Origin: Eledone cirrhosa
Taxonomy: Eukaryota
Assembly (NCBI GenBank): GCA_964016885.1
Contig: OZ024740.1
Location: 168,950,001-169,014,000, forward strand
Length of the DNA: 64,000 nt
Direction of reading: 5' to 3'
A program made the position numbers and the translations under genes. The notes beneath the pieces are model-generated. The model was given only the letters and a program-made list of their open reading frames with translations, searched no databases and was not told where the DNA came from. The first letter of the stretch is position 1, and each line of letters starts with the position of its first letter. This document shows, piece after piece, positions 12,208 through 25,400 of this stretch.

Positions 12208-13547
12208 GCATGTGTCTTTATTAAGACCAAGCTTGCGTTTTATTATTCTGGAGTTTCTCTTGTGTACAGAGTATTGAGTACTCATTATCCTGATCATCAA
12301 TATTAAGCGAATGTATATATGAGAAAGAGATGATTGAAATATATTTTTTTAGAGAGCAATATGTACCAGCTGTAGTGTGCATTTCTCCTCGTGTTTTTCC
12401 TTTTTATTCTCTTTCATTCGTTTGTTTCTTTCGTAAATTATAAATACTGTATAAATTGTATATTATCTAAATATTCATGTGATTCTGAATACTCTTTTAC
12501 TGTGTTACTAGTTAAAGAACTAAAAGATCGTATTTCTGAATACGTGATCCAAAGCATGGCAAAGGTTGTCCTGCCCTATCCGGTGATGATGTGTTAGAAA
12601 TATCAAGTCACTTGTTAAACATGTATAATTCCAAAAGATATAAATTGTTACAGAAGGAAACAACAACCAAATTAAACTAGTTTAAATTGAACAAAAAAAA
12701 AAAACTAGCGAAAAGGATCGAAATGAAAGTATACTTTGAAATCCAACACTGAAATAAGGGAGGTTTGTCGCGAGTAAAATTACAATGAAATTATAGAAAC
12801 GTCTAACGTGAAATAATGCAATCGAAATAACTCCAATATAATTCAGTAAGGTATTATTATTTTTTCTTTCTTTCTTGTTATTGTCTAAAGTTTAGAACAA
12901 ATTAATTATGCAAGCTCAAATATTTAGACTCTAAACATTTGAGCTTGAATAATTAATTTGTTCTGGTTGTTAGTACCACATCTAAATATTTTCACAACAC
13001 AAGAAACTATTCTAAAATCAGAAACCACTTTCTTTATACGAACAACGTCTCGTTCTTTTTGATTTGTAAGCAGATTAAATGAGCGGTTGTCCACATCAAG
13101 AAATGACTTATACTTAAGTAAATCTTGCAATAAAACTTTTAACAGACACCCCTTTTGAACAGATGACATAATACATACGTGAACGTGAGGATACGTATAC
13201 ATATTTACATATTCATAATCATTTGACTCTTTAAAAAAAAAAACCTTCCGTTTTGTTTTTAAAATGCCAAATTACAAAAAAAAGTAAATAAAATAATAAA
13301 AATAATGGAAATCTTTGCAAAGAAATTGGGTAGAATACGGTAATTTTACGCAGAATGGAAACATGCCTATGGCAGCAAGAGATTACAATTATTTAGAACT
13401 GAAAAACGTGAAGATAATTTTAAAAGATTTTACTTGAAAAAGACAAATTTTAACAGTTAAACTACAGGAGATATTTACCTTACGTCCAGCTCGACGCCTT
13501 CGTCTATTCCGACCGCCTCTATCGCCGCGATCAAGCGGATCAGACAT
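954..13547 (-). CDS. SMG9: SMG9 nonsense-mediated decay factor, 5' part; join(13547-13479,10452-10345,8727-8424,7488-7397,6705-6593,1065-954), 266 codons, continues beyond the left edge
   Basis: All introns are GT-AG and phase-consistent. The translation has PPIILAKP, EKPIVVLKARDD, IKLVDDSMHWCD, P-loop VVGVLGMQGVGKST and HQTSGVDMFVTNDRVILLDTQ, matching recalled human SMG9 motifs (TPIILSKP, EKPIVLMKPREE, IKLVDDQMNWCD, VVGVLGLQGTGKS, QTSGIDFFITQERIVFLDTQ). Confidence 0.93.
1130..5269 (+). mobile_element. CR1-type LINE, near full length, defective (copy 1)
   Basis: ORF1 (~1170-2385) has a PHD-like Cys cluster and Q/H-rich repeats, with a frameshift near 2240. ORF2 (2442-4980) has an APE endonuclease (VTETW, GVVYRPP, DLIF) and RT (GVPQGSVLG, KYADD, ERDLG, RPHLEFA, TRGH), with a frameshift near 2485 and a 229-bp deletion at 3999. 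The 3'UTR carries a duplicated ~130-bp unit and an (ATT)n tail. The 5' boundary is approximate. Confidence 0.93.
5980..6225 (-). mobile_element. Degraded tRNA-headed SINE
   Basis: Similar to 33260-33470 (AGAAGACAC.TGCC.AAG.TG, GCAAAGCAAACT.CTTAACCAC). Confidence 0.5.
6593..6705 (-). CDS. SMG9: SMG9 coding exon 5 (P-loop)
   Basis: catag|GTT...AG|gtaaat; VLVDQNNFFVVGVLGMQGVGKSTIMSLLAGNSSSDYY. Confidence 0.93.
7397..7488 (-). CDS. SMG9: SMG9 coding exon 4
   Basis: tttag|AG...GAA|gtaagt; ECQNRLAPLPEMPRCIKLVDDSMHWCDTGME. Confidence 0.92.
8424..8727 (-). CDS. SMG9: SMG9 coding exon 3 (low-complexity N-terminal region)
   Basis: ctccag|CTT...GACG|gtaaat; contains EKPIVVLKARDD and SPYQMHR. Confidence 0.88.
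8990..9330 (+). mobile_element. Old RTE-type LINE fragment
   Basis: Degenerate translation VKSVLFYG...HFTGNCWRIKQELISDIFL*TP resembles the RTE C-terminal VESVLLYG...FAGHCWR motif. Confidence 0.5.
10345..10452 (-). CDS. SMG9: SMG9 coding exon 2
   Basis: gacag|GAC...TTA|gtaagg; 108 nt, phase 0/0; contains KPPIILAKP. Confidence 0.85.
10827..10888. mobile_element. 62-bp piggyBac-like mini-MITE
   Basis: TTAA-CCCTTTAG...CTAAAGGG-TTAA. Confidence 0.65.
11356..11560. mobile_element. piggyBac-like MITE
   Basis: TTAA TSD; TIRs CCCTTTAGCATTTA / TAAATGCTAAAGGG; related copy at ~7835-8010. Confidence 0.8.
11903..12163. mobile_element. Tigger/pogo-like MITE
   Basis: ~23-bp TIRs (TAG.GGAACCTCGG.TCACGAAC) in a TA context. 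Confidence 0.75.
13479..13547 (-). CDS. SMG9: SMG9 coding exon 1
   Basis: ATG at 13547; MSDPLDRGDRGGRNRRRRRAGRK|gtaaat; locally CpG-rich; the Arg run resembles human ERRRRWK. Confidence 0.8.
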
Positions 13548-14140
13548 TATGATCAACAATGGTTAACCTTATATCCTGTCAGGACTATTTTTTACCTTAA
13601 CACCGGCGGTGAGCCCCAAAATTAGAATACCTTAAATTTGATTTAAATGTTAAATCTTTATATTATTTTCATGATCACAATTAGAAAGCTATTTTTGTAT
13701 CATCCAGAGATAATGATTTATTTTTGATTAAAACACCAAATCTAAAATATATGATGCTTAAACTACTTTAAATGAAATGTTATATAATTTTATATTAATC
13801 TTATTTGATTTTAAATCGTATTTAATTCATAAAATTCACAATTAACCTTTCTAATTTATTTGTATTATATCGATATTTTAAAGCTGTTATAATTCCAAAC
13901 AGATTATTAAATTTTCTTTTTTAACCTAAATGGCAATTGCAAAAACAAATTGATGACTTCAGCATAAATCAAGGGAGATAATAGCATACACCGGAAGCTC
14001 TTCAGTTAGTTTTGTTTGGAAATACATAATCCGGGTTAGTATTTACAAAATATTAACGCTTTTCCACTTGTTTTAGATTAGATTACTTTGCATTTACTTA
14101 GTAAAATGAAATAAGGGAGATTATTTTCTCTGCAGTTCAA
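13548..14140. promoter_or_regulatory. Putative bidirectional promoter of SMG9/TBRG1
   Basis: Repeat-free interval between divergent genes; ETS-type CCGGAAG at 13991; AAGGGAGAT twice (13971, ~14114). TSSs are not determined. Confidence 0.45.
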
Positions 14141-14904
14141 ACATGTAGTGGAATTCAAATGCAATGTAATAATATAGATTCCAGTATATTCACCTAACAC
14201 CTATTTCAGTTATAGACTCATGAAATACTGATATGCCAACAAAACATACTGTTTATTGACTTTGTATTTGTCATTTATTATATATAATTATTTTCGCGTG
14301 GAATGATCAATCACTGCCAGTATCTCGCTGGTATTTATTTTCGACCCTTAAAAGCTAAGTCCTTCCTTGCATTTCATTATATCCCGTCTATAGAAGAATA
14401 AATATAAAAGGTATTATTTCACTTAAATTGTATAATGTTTGTGATTTGCAAAAGAAACAAATCTATAGAAAATAGTCAGAGAAAAAAAATGAGAAGACAT
14501 GTATGTTTAATTACACGCACTAGCCAAGAATGCTGATGTTTTTCTCTGAAAAACTTTGAGACAAGTCGAGACACTGCATTTAGCCCTTTGCATTAGGTTC
14601 GTTTGAATTTCAACGATTAATGGAAACAAACTATTCAAGCAAATAGGGAGTAAAGAGACAGCCGATAAAGATCATCAAGAAAGGTTGGATTGCTATACAT
14701 ATTCAATTTATTTTCTTAAAAATGAAAACTTTTTATTTGACCTTTTTCGCTCCCTTTCTATTGAATATTAAATAATTATGGTCAACATTAATATTTAATT
14801 GCATGTCAGCCCTGATAAAGTAGACCTATCACGAAAGGAGTTCCGAACTTGATCAATCCTGACAAATTATCTAACATTACACTATCCACCTCCTTTATTA
14901 TTTT

Positions 14905-15195
14905 TATTCGTTACGGCCCTTTACGTTCTGTGTTCAAATCCCGCCGAGGTTAGCTTTGCCTTTCATACTTACGTGATCGACAAAATAAACTACCAGTAAT
15001 GCACCAGGGTCGATTTAATCGCCTTTCCCTGCTCCCAAATTGCTGACCTTGTGCCTAAATCTGAAACCATTATTGTTATTATTACGGGGTCGATGAAATA
15101 AAGTACTAGTTACGCACTGGAGTCGATTTAATCGACTTACCCCTCCCCAGAAATTGCTAGCCTTAAGCCTAAATCAGAAAAAAATATTATTATTG
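14905..15195 (+). mobile_element. tRNA-derived SINE with Meta-like core and duplicated 3' part
   Basis: B-box GTTCAAATCC, core GCCTTTCAT..TTACG.G.TCGA.AAAATAAA.TACCAG, (ATT)n tail. Confidence 0.75.
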
Positions 15196-15962
15196 TTTTC
15201 CTAAAATGGCAGGGTGTGATTTGAAAGGGATATCACTGCTATTTATAGCAAGTCAAGCGACTGCATAGAGATGCTCTTATTAGCTCAATTACAACGAATA
15301 GGCTTTGACAATTGTTTTCTTCTCTTCTCCAAGCAAAACAGTTGAATTAAAGAACATTCAAGTTGTTAAAATTCTATCACTGGTGTAAAGATACCAAGTG
15401 CATTGAGTTCAAATTCTCCTACGATAAATTTAAGATTTAACTCTTCCTGTCCTTACTTTATGTGTGTTGATTTGGTACTTTAGTTTCGCCGAAGCCAATG
15501 GCTAATTCGTTCATCCAACCGAGATGCAAATAAAAATACAACTCTACTACGTTTATTCTAAATGTTTATTCTTATAAACTAAATAATGGCTACAATGGTT
15601 GTCGTCGTCCTTGTAGTTGTAGTCATGAAATAACTTTATTTACCCTCCTTGGCCCAAAGTACAGCAGAGCCTAGATTAGTCGCAGACTGCACCAGGTTAC
15701 CACTGATCTCGATTACTCTTTCTCTTGTTTGTACTTCCAAATGTATGGGTGCACACACACACACATATAGATATATATAGCATTCTTGTATTTCATTGAA
15801 ATATATATTTCATTTAATGTCTTTAAACAACTTGATGATCACCATGATAATAATAACTATATGTTGTAGATACTAATATGTTGGTAGTTAGACAGTGATG
15901 GTAATTTGGAATATATTTTTTGTTCCTCCTCCAGTTTCCACCTATAACTAGGAGCATACGTC

Positions 15963-16043
15963 ATGGCACCTGATCATGGTTCCCGTGAGTACTACTTCAG
16001 AAAATGGAAGAAAATGAAAAAAGATATTAAAGATGCAATATTT
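15963..16043 (+). CDS. TBRG1: TBRG1 coding exon 1
   Basis: Acceptor ccag at 15934 implies an upstream UTR exon; MAPDHGSREYYFRKWKKMKKDIKDAIF|gtaagt. Confidence 0.87.
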
Positions 16044-17095
16044 GTAAGTATGTCAGGATGTGTAAACATATATCTTCATCATATATATATATATATTTGG
16101 AATTTATAGATGTGTTGCAACACAATTTGATTTGTCCGAATTAGCTCAATCAATATTCAATGATACACAAACTGAATTCATTGTTTCAGAGTAGCATTTT
16201 ATTAATTATTCAATTTTGAAAGGGCATAGACAATGTGTGAACCTCATACAGAAGACGGCAAAAAAAAAAAATGTATACATATAATTGGCAGTAGCACTAA
16301 CATAGTGTTAAAGATAATAGCCATGTATATGAGAGCATATGTTTTTATATATAAAAAGCACGAGAGCCTCACAATCAAAGAAAAAATAGATTTTGCTGGG
16401 GATGCTCATTTGCATATAGCAAATAGAAATCATTGACTGGGAATGCTCATTTGCATATAGTGTGAACTTGGCTGGTTATAATTAATTGGTTGTAGTACTA
16501 TGGTAGCGTTAAGCATATACTATATGTTTATATACAAAAAAGATGAGTGCTTGTTATCAAAGAAAAAATGTTTTTTCTCATCAAAAAATTATTGTTCTCT
16601 CCTTTGCTTTGTGAATATGTCACGTATCTCAGTAGCCATTGAGAATGCCAGGCACCTGTTTCAAGATTTGCTAATAAGTATATGCTTTCAGATACACCCC
16701 GTATATCATCATCATCACCGTTTTACGTCCACTCTTCCATGCTAGCATGGGTTAGACGGGTTGTCCTGTTGTGGGCAGTGTCCGGTCGGCTGACCTTGTC
16801 TTGCTCATACGGGAAGTGATTCTGGCTTGATTTCTACAGCTGGATGCCCTTCCTAACACCAACCTCATTTACAGTGAATCCTAGGTGCTTTTTTTTCTGT
16901 GGCGCCTACACATTCACTTTGCAATGGAATGATAGGGACCCCAGTCCTATCATCTCATTTCTACAGCTGAGTAAATTGGAACAATGTGAAATAAAGTGTC
17001 TTGCTCAAGGAAACAACACATCACCCGGTCTGAGAATTGAACTCACAGCCTTTTGATTGCAAGCCCAATGCTCTAACCACTAAGCCATGCGCCTG

Positions 17096-17152
<57 letters not shown>

Positions 17153-19742
17153 GTGTGTGTGTGAGTAATCAGATCCACATTTTTACATCAGCTGTGGTTG
17201 GATGGTACTTTCTGAGGCAGTGTTTTGCAGTTACATACCTTTTCAGATGCCAACCCTTTTAGTCACTTCTTACAACATGCAGGGATATGGTGTACTTATT
17301 CTCTAAACTGACAAACACAGAAATAAAATTATATATCATCACCATACATCCATTTTCCATGCTAGCATGTGTTGGGTATGTTGGAGAACTACTTCTTGCT
17401 CATATGTTCCAATTTTAACATGGTTTCTTTAGCCAACTACTTTACACTGTGTATTGCATGCATTTTAGTGCAATTTGTGAGAGATTTGATAACAAAGACA
17501 TTTCATTGTCTTGAAGCTCCGTCATATTTCTCTATGTGATCTTTCTCTTTAAAATTTGTGCCATTTTTTCTAGGTAAATGCTGCTATATGTGATGAAGTA
17601 GTAAGAATAGAGGAAAAAGTTGTACAAGTAAAGGAAGAACGAAGGTAAGTTTGTTACTGAAACTTAATCACAATAGGTTAACCAGATGGCTGTTCTGAGA
17701 ATCATTATCATAGAGTGGCTGTCAGTGGTCAAGTGGTCAGTAGTGCTGAGGACCACTGAATCAAATAGACAGTGGTTCCATTAGTTATTGTGTTAGTAAT
17801 AAGTACTCATTCAAGTAAATAAGGCAATGGTTTCTATTGATGGATACCCTTCTAAACACCAATGACTTAACAGAGTGTACTGGATGCATTTTATCATGGT
17901 AGCATCTCTAGAGAGGTTACAAAAGGGCTAATATATTTTTCCCGTTGTTATAAAGTTACTTTTTCTGTTTTGTGTAACTGAAGATTGTTCATAAAGCAAA
18001 ACGTTACTTTGGTTTTGTTTATCATAATTTCTATTTAATTTTAACTATAGGTTCCTACTTCATAAACTTCTCCAGTTCCAATCAGTGACTGATCCAACAT
18101 TAGCCAATGTTAAAATGCCAGCTACTACAACTACTACAACAACCACTACATACCCAACTATTCTCAAAGTACCCACCACTGTCACTACGCCTCAGCAAGT
18201 CCCTGTAGAACCATCTGTAGCCACACCAGTGCCGCCAAAACCAAAAGTGAAAAAGAAAATCACTGAAAGAAAGAAAACAGTTACAGAATTACTTGGTAAG
18301 AGATGAGTGATGTTCTACTTAAGCATGAGAGTCATCATCATTTTACATCCATTTTTGAATATCACAACAGTACTCTTACTCCAGTAGAAGTTACAGGTAC
18401 ATATATATATATATATCATCATCATCATCGTTTAACGTCTATCTTCCACGCTAGCATGGGTTAGACGGGAGTTATCCCACTTGAGGTAAGATTGGTCGGG
18501 TGACTGTCTGGCAGGTTTTCTACGGCTGGATGCCCTTCCTAACACCAACCTCATTAGAGTGTGGACTGGGAACTTTTTACCGTGTTACCTACATGACCAC
18601 ATTACAGTGTGGACTGTGTGTTTTTTGTTGTGACACCTAGTTTGGACTGGATGTTGTGGTACTAACATAGCTTTATAGAGAAAGGGTGGTGTTGGCGGGA
18701 GTGGGAGGACAGAGTAGGGGTAGTGGGTTGGGGTGTATGGTTTGGAGGGGCCTTTGCACGTAGGGAAGGCAGGTCTTCTGTATTACTGCGTGGTGCCAAA
18801 TATCTTGATCCAGTGACATTGTCTTAGAGAGGTGCAAGTGTGCGAGATCGGAATTTATGTCGTCCCAGGTTTTTCTGGGTCTACCTACTCCATAACTTCC
18901 ATCAATTTTGATCGCCCTGCACTTTTTTATACAGCTGTCATCTTTCATGCGCATCACGTGACTGTACCAATGTAATCGTCTCAAGTAAACAGCATCTGAT
19001 CTCTCTTATACCTAATTTCTCACTTAGTTCATTTATGTTTTGCCGTTCGTGTATATTACTATTACACATCCAACAGAGCATGCATGCTTCGTTCATATGT
19101 ATATAAACACACATATACTCATACACGCACATGCACACACCCGGTGACACAATGTAAAAGTATCCATTCAAACCTGTCAGCTGATCGTTTTGGTGCCACG
19201 ATAAAAAGCACCCAATCCATGCTGTAAATGTGGTTGACATTAGGAAAAGCATTCAGCCATAGAAACCTAACCAGAAACAATTCTATATGAGCAAGACATC
19301 ATCACTTAATCTAATTTGTATCACAATGGGACAACTTGTCTAACCCATGCTAGTGTGGAAAATGGACATTAAATGGTCATGATGATGATATACATGTATA
19401 TATATATATATATACATATATATACGCAGTAAGTTCCCACCTTACGAACATCCTACTTCTGAACTTCCACAGATACGAACAGTCTCATGAAGAATTGAAA
19501 AAGTACTTTTTTTCTTTAACAATTTATTGTCATTAGCTTTACAGAATTTAAATTCATTATTACATGTTATATACACCTCTATATACTGTGTATATATATA
19601 TATCCCTCACATGGAAACCTGCAGTATCAATGTAACATATATGGGCTTACTAGTACGTACTGTGTTAGATGATCAACTTATGGACAAATCAACTAATGAA
19701 CGGCTTCTTGGAACATAACTCGTTCGTAAGTTGGGGACTTAC

Positions 19743-19782
<40 letters not shown>

Positions 19783-22450
19783 CACACACACGCACGTGTG
19801 TGTTTGAAAAATAAAAACAAGTTAGGTATAGGTAGAGAGTTAATTCATTGTTTTACGAACGTTTCAGCGGATTGATCTATGGAGATCGATGTATCGACTA
19901 GAAGTCCTTGTTCAATATGGACATAAAATGATGATGATATGTTTCAGAAATATCTGAAAGAGGCAACCAGTGAAACTTGTGTACATAAAATGACAGCATA
20001 GTGGGTGTATATGAGCGAGACACGGTCACCTGACCAACCTTGCATCAAGTGGGACAACTCCCATCTAACCCATGCTAGCGTGGAAGATAGACGTTAAACG
20101 AAGATGATGATGATGATATATATATATATAGTCATCATCAGCATATATATATATATCATGATCATGATCATCATATATATATATATGATTCTGTATGTAT
20201 TACCTTGAAACCAACCTTTTTTTAATTATTCTCACCCTTTTGTCTTGTTTTTCTGTCTATTCAATCTGCTTGGTTGGACATCTTCCATACACTGTCAACC
20301 TTTCTCCTGATGAAAGACACTGTTACTCTTTTCAATGTTTTGTTCCTATTGTTTTATCACATGGCACAAAATTCTTGAGGTTTCATTTGAATTTGTTTGT
20401 TACTGATGCAGACCATCATTAGCCCCCAAATTCTACAGACTATCCTTTTATCTGTAGTAATATGCTGTTTTTAGTATACTGTTTTTATTTTTTTTATTTC
20501 AGAAGAGAAATCCAAGCCTAAAAAGGCCAAAACACAAGCCAGTAGCAAAAAGATAGTACCACCAATTCCTCTGGATCCTTTAGGGCGGCCTGTATTTCCA
20601 TTATCTATTGGAGACCTCACAATACACAGCCTTGGTGAAGTAAGTAGTAATCTATCTTGAAATATATTATTTTTTATACCAAACTTCCCTTGGTTCTTTG
20701 ATGCAAAACTGTTTTAAAGTGTTTATATTTATCTATAAAAATCTTCCATCATAATTCAAGTTACTTACAAAATTATCTCAAAGAATAAAAGCTTGTTAAA
20801 GTCTAGTTATTAACTCTTTTGATACTAAATCAGCCACTGATTCTATTTAGCTAAAAACCTTTCCTCATAATTTTATCTAGAAGTGTTTGTTTAGTTATGT
20901 TCCAAACACCAGCTTAATAATGAGAAAGTTAATTATATTGCTAAATCCCTCCAAGTTCTTGATTATTTTCAAAATTATTTGAAAATCATAAGCATTAGAG
21001 ATATGATAATGAAAAGGTTGAATAAATGTATTTTATCCAACTTTACATTATTAAGTTGCTTTTATTGCCTGTCTGTTTATATATGAGAAACATCTGAAAA
21101 TCTCAGAGATATCAAAGTCATATCATATGCAAAAACTAATGTAAATTTGTTAAAAGAAGACAGCAGAAACAAATTATCATTATACTCATCATCCTCAGTT
21201 GTAGTGATAGTACATTTGGGGAAGTGACAGTGCTGGTGCTACAATAAAGTATACCCAATGCACTTTGTAAAGTGATAGTGCTGGAGACATGATAAAATGC
21301 ACCCAGTACACTCTGTGAAGTGGAGATTTTAAGAAGGGCATTCAGTTGTAGAGACTTTGCCAAAAATGGAATGTATGATGAACAAGACATTTTTCTGAAC
21401 TATCTTATCTTGGACTCTGACAACCCATCCAACCAATGCCAACATGCAAAAAAAAGGTCATAAACTGTAATGAGGATGACGATGAAATACTACACCTTCA
21501 ACATCATCATCAGCAGCAGAAGTCTAAATCAGCTATCCATGCAAGCAGAAGTTGAATAACTCCTCTACCCTTTTATATTTGTGATCCCATCTTTCAAGAT
21601 TCTATTTTAATTATTCCACCTTAAATCTTCTTTATATCTTATCTCTGTCTACCATATGTGTTCTCTATGACCCATTAATTCCTCCCAACAAACTCCCTTC
21701 TTTTGAATTCATTAAACATTTCTTTTCATATCTGATAGTTTTCTTATCTAACATATCCATCCTATTTCAGATTGTCCCTGATCGACCAAACTTCCATACT
21801 GAGGAACATATTTATCCCATTGGCTTCTGCAGTACCCGGTTATATGTAAGCACCCGACATCCTGATCAGAAATGTCTCTATACTTGTAGTATATCAGATG
21901 GTGGAAATGGTCCCCTTGTAAGTTGAAGTTTTCTCACTGCAATTCAGTTTGAGCTTTTAAATCGACAAATATTACAGTTCAAGTTGAAGAAACAATTTAC
22001 AGTGGTCAATTTATAACTATTGTAAACCTTGTAGGGTTCTTCAGTTGGACATGAGGTTAAGAGTAGATTTTTTTATATTTGCTTGATAGGTATGGAGGAA
22101 GGGGAAGTACTCATGGCTTCCAAGATCAAAGAGATTGATGCTGCTTATGTCCTATTTAAAGTGTAGGTCCACTCCTGTGAGAAAGACATAAGCAAAAAGG
22201 GAGTTACAGAGGATTGACTTTTTTGAAGGAAGGACTTGGCTTAGTGGTTAATGTGGGGGGGCATGTTGGGCATGAAAGGAGGCAAGACAAGAGCCTGAGG
22301 GGAGGTGGCATTAGACTAGCTTCTCTGATTTGATGTTTATCTTTTCATTGGGGTGTCTAACTATATTAGAGTCAAATAACTTTGTTTGATATATCATCAT
22401 CATCATCATCGTTTAACGTCTATCTTCCACGCTAGCATGGGTTTAGACGG

Positions 22451-22488
<38 letters not shown>

Positions 22489-25400
22489 ACTTTCTGATTG
22501 ATATAATAATAAATAATATAATATGCTCAGGTGCACTACAACTCATCAAAGGTGCATGTATAGTACATAGAATAATGTACAAATGTCAGGAAAATGAACA
22601 GTGTATGAGTCATGATATAATAATAATAATAATAATGAAATATTGTGTACAGTGCCCAGGTGCATCACAACTCATCAAAAAAGTGCATGTACAGTCATCA
22701 TCATCATCATCACCGTTTTACGTCCGTTCTTCCACGCTAGCATGGGTTAGACGGGTTGTCCTGTTGTGGGCAGTGTCTGGTCGGCTGACCATGCCTTGCT
22801 CATACAGGAACTGATTTGGCTTGATTTCTACAGCTGGATGCCCTTCCTAACACCAACCTCATTTACAGTGAGTGCTGGGTGCTTTTTCGTGGCGCCTACA
22901 CGTCCACTTTACAATGTGGGCTGGGTGCTTTTTTGCCGTGGCACCTCCACGACCACCACAGTACATAGGGCAATGCACAAACATCAGTAAAATGAACAGT
23001 GCACGAGTCATGATACACACATGTGTGCATGTGTATGGAAGGGGTACATCAGGTGTAGTTTTGGCGTATTTCGGGAAGCATGAGTGTCTTAAAGGATGCA
23101 GTGTCTCGGCAGCTAACAACTGACGCAGGCAGTTTGTTCCATGCTTCAACAACTCTGAGCGTGAAAAAATGTCTACGAAAGTCATGGGAGCTGTGCTGTT
23201 TTCTGATTTTGTAGGCATGACCACGTGTGTTAGACACATGGAGATCAAAAAGGTGCTCAGGGTTGCAATTGGCGAGATGGTTAATAACTTTGTGGGTATT
23301 CACCAAGTCCATTGCCAGACGTCGGAGCTTCAATGAATCCATGCCCAGGGAAGCAAGGCGTTCAGAGTATGGTAGGTGTCTGATGGAGGGTATGCGCTTG
23401 GTTGCACGTCTCTGAACAGTTTCCAGGAGGTCAATGTTCTGAGCAAAATAGGGGTTCCAGACTGATGATGCGAATTCCAAGTGTGGTCGTACCATAGCTG
23501 TATACAGTTTTAAATAGATGGCTGGAGAGCGGCTAACAAAGGTCTTGCTGAGTGATGCCAAGACACCCTCGGCCTTCTTGACAATCTTAGAGACATGCTT
23601 TGTCCAACGCAAATCGCTGCTGACAGTAATGCCCAGGTCACGTTCACAAGAGGACTTCTTGATATCAGTGTTGTGGAGGGAGTATGTGAACGCTGGATTT
23701 TTCCTTCCAAAATGCATGGTGGTACACTTGTCCACAGCCAGCTTCAGTTGCCAGTCTGTGATCCATTGCTGCATTGTGTTCAGGTCTGATTGTAGGAAAG
23801 AGTTGTAAATTTCAGGATCAGTCCTTTTGATTTCAAGGTACAGCTTGATGTCATCTGCATATTTCAGTACCGTGGCATTCTGTAAGTTGGCATCTATGTC
23901 ATTAATATATGCCACAAACAAAAGGGGACCAAGAACAGATCCCTATGGTACACCAGATGACATCTCATATGGTGAAGAATGCTGTCCTAGAACCGTGACT
24001 ACTTCTTTTCGGCTGAGAATGAAGGATTTCAACCAGTCGAAAAGATCATCCCTCACACCCATTGCAGAGAGTTTTGCCATAAGTCTTTTGTGTGGCACAG
24101 AATTAAAAGCCTTAGCAAAGTCAAGGTAAACAACATCCACCCATGAGCCGCTGTCAGTGATCCGGGTGATGTCTTCAAGGAACTCGATAAGCTGATCACA
24201 GCAGCTGGAGTTAGGGATAAATCCAAACTGCAAGGGCCGGATGAGGCTGTGAGAGCTCCAGAAGTTCCAAAGTGTTTCTCTGACACAGGATTCCATCAGT
24301 TTGGCAATACAGCTAGTAAGACTGACTGGACGATAGTTGATAGGTGACATGCGGTTGCCCTTTTTGAACAAGGGAATGACACTGGCAGTTTTCCACTGCT
24401 CCGGAGTAGCACCATTGTTGAGACAGTATTGAAAGAAGAAAGAAAGCTGGCGCAAAAGGAAATACCCGCCACGTTTGAGAAGCAGGTATGTCACACCATC
24501 AAGACCAGGGGAGGCATAGTTGTGCTTATTCTTAAGGTGACGTCGCAACATTGCAGGTGTAAATTCCATAGTTGTTATGGAATTTGATGTTAGAGATGGT
24601 GGAGATGGTACATTCTGGTTTTCAACAGTAAAAATACTTGCATAGCACTCAGCAATGAGTTCTGCGCATTCCTTGGGATCGTCAGTGATCTGGCTTGTGT
24701 GGGGATTGCGAAGAGGACCAACTGGAGAGTGAGGTCTCTGCTTTGAATGAACATATTTCCAGAACACCTTACTGTCAGGATTGGTTGCTATGCACTGTTC
24801 AAATTCAAGCACTGCCTTCTTTGTCACTTGCTTGAGATGGTTAGAAGATTTATTCCGCTTTTTTCTGTTGGCATCTGATTTATGCACTTTATATTCCCGT
24901 TCAGTGTTCCGACGTTCTTTCCTAGCAAGTCGGACTGCTGAAGTTTCCCAAATTGCACTTTTGGGGTGGTTATTTTCCCGCTTACGTGGCACCGATGCTG
25001 CACACGCTATCCATATTGAGTCCAGGATGCTCTGGAGTATAGTGTTCACATCTCCAGAGTTATACATCTCATGTAGCTCAGTGCAGTACAAGTTCCAATC
25101 CGCCCTCTTCCAATCAAAGCAAGCAGATTGGAGATGGCTCTGGTTTTTGTTGCTGCCCTCAAGTGCCAGATTGGCAATGATCATAGCATGATCAGAGTCG
25201 CCTAGAGGTTCCTCAGTAGTACAACTGATAACCACTTCAGGAGTAGTGGTGAAGATCAGGTCCAAAGTGTTGTCACCTCTTGTTGGAGAGGTGATTACTT
25301 GTGACCAGTTTGAGTCCAGCACTAGTTAAAGGAAATCGTTTGCACCTTGTGGCCAACGAAAGGTTTCCCAATCGATCTCAGGATGATTGAAGTCAGCTGC

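Noticed and set aside
17010-17093. tRNA gene (also ~26800-26865)
   Set aside because: The A/B boxes are SINE heads continuous with core and tail; no proper acceptor stem.
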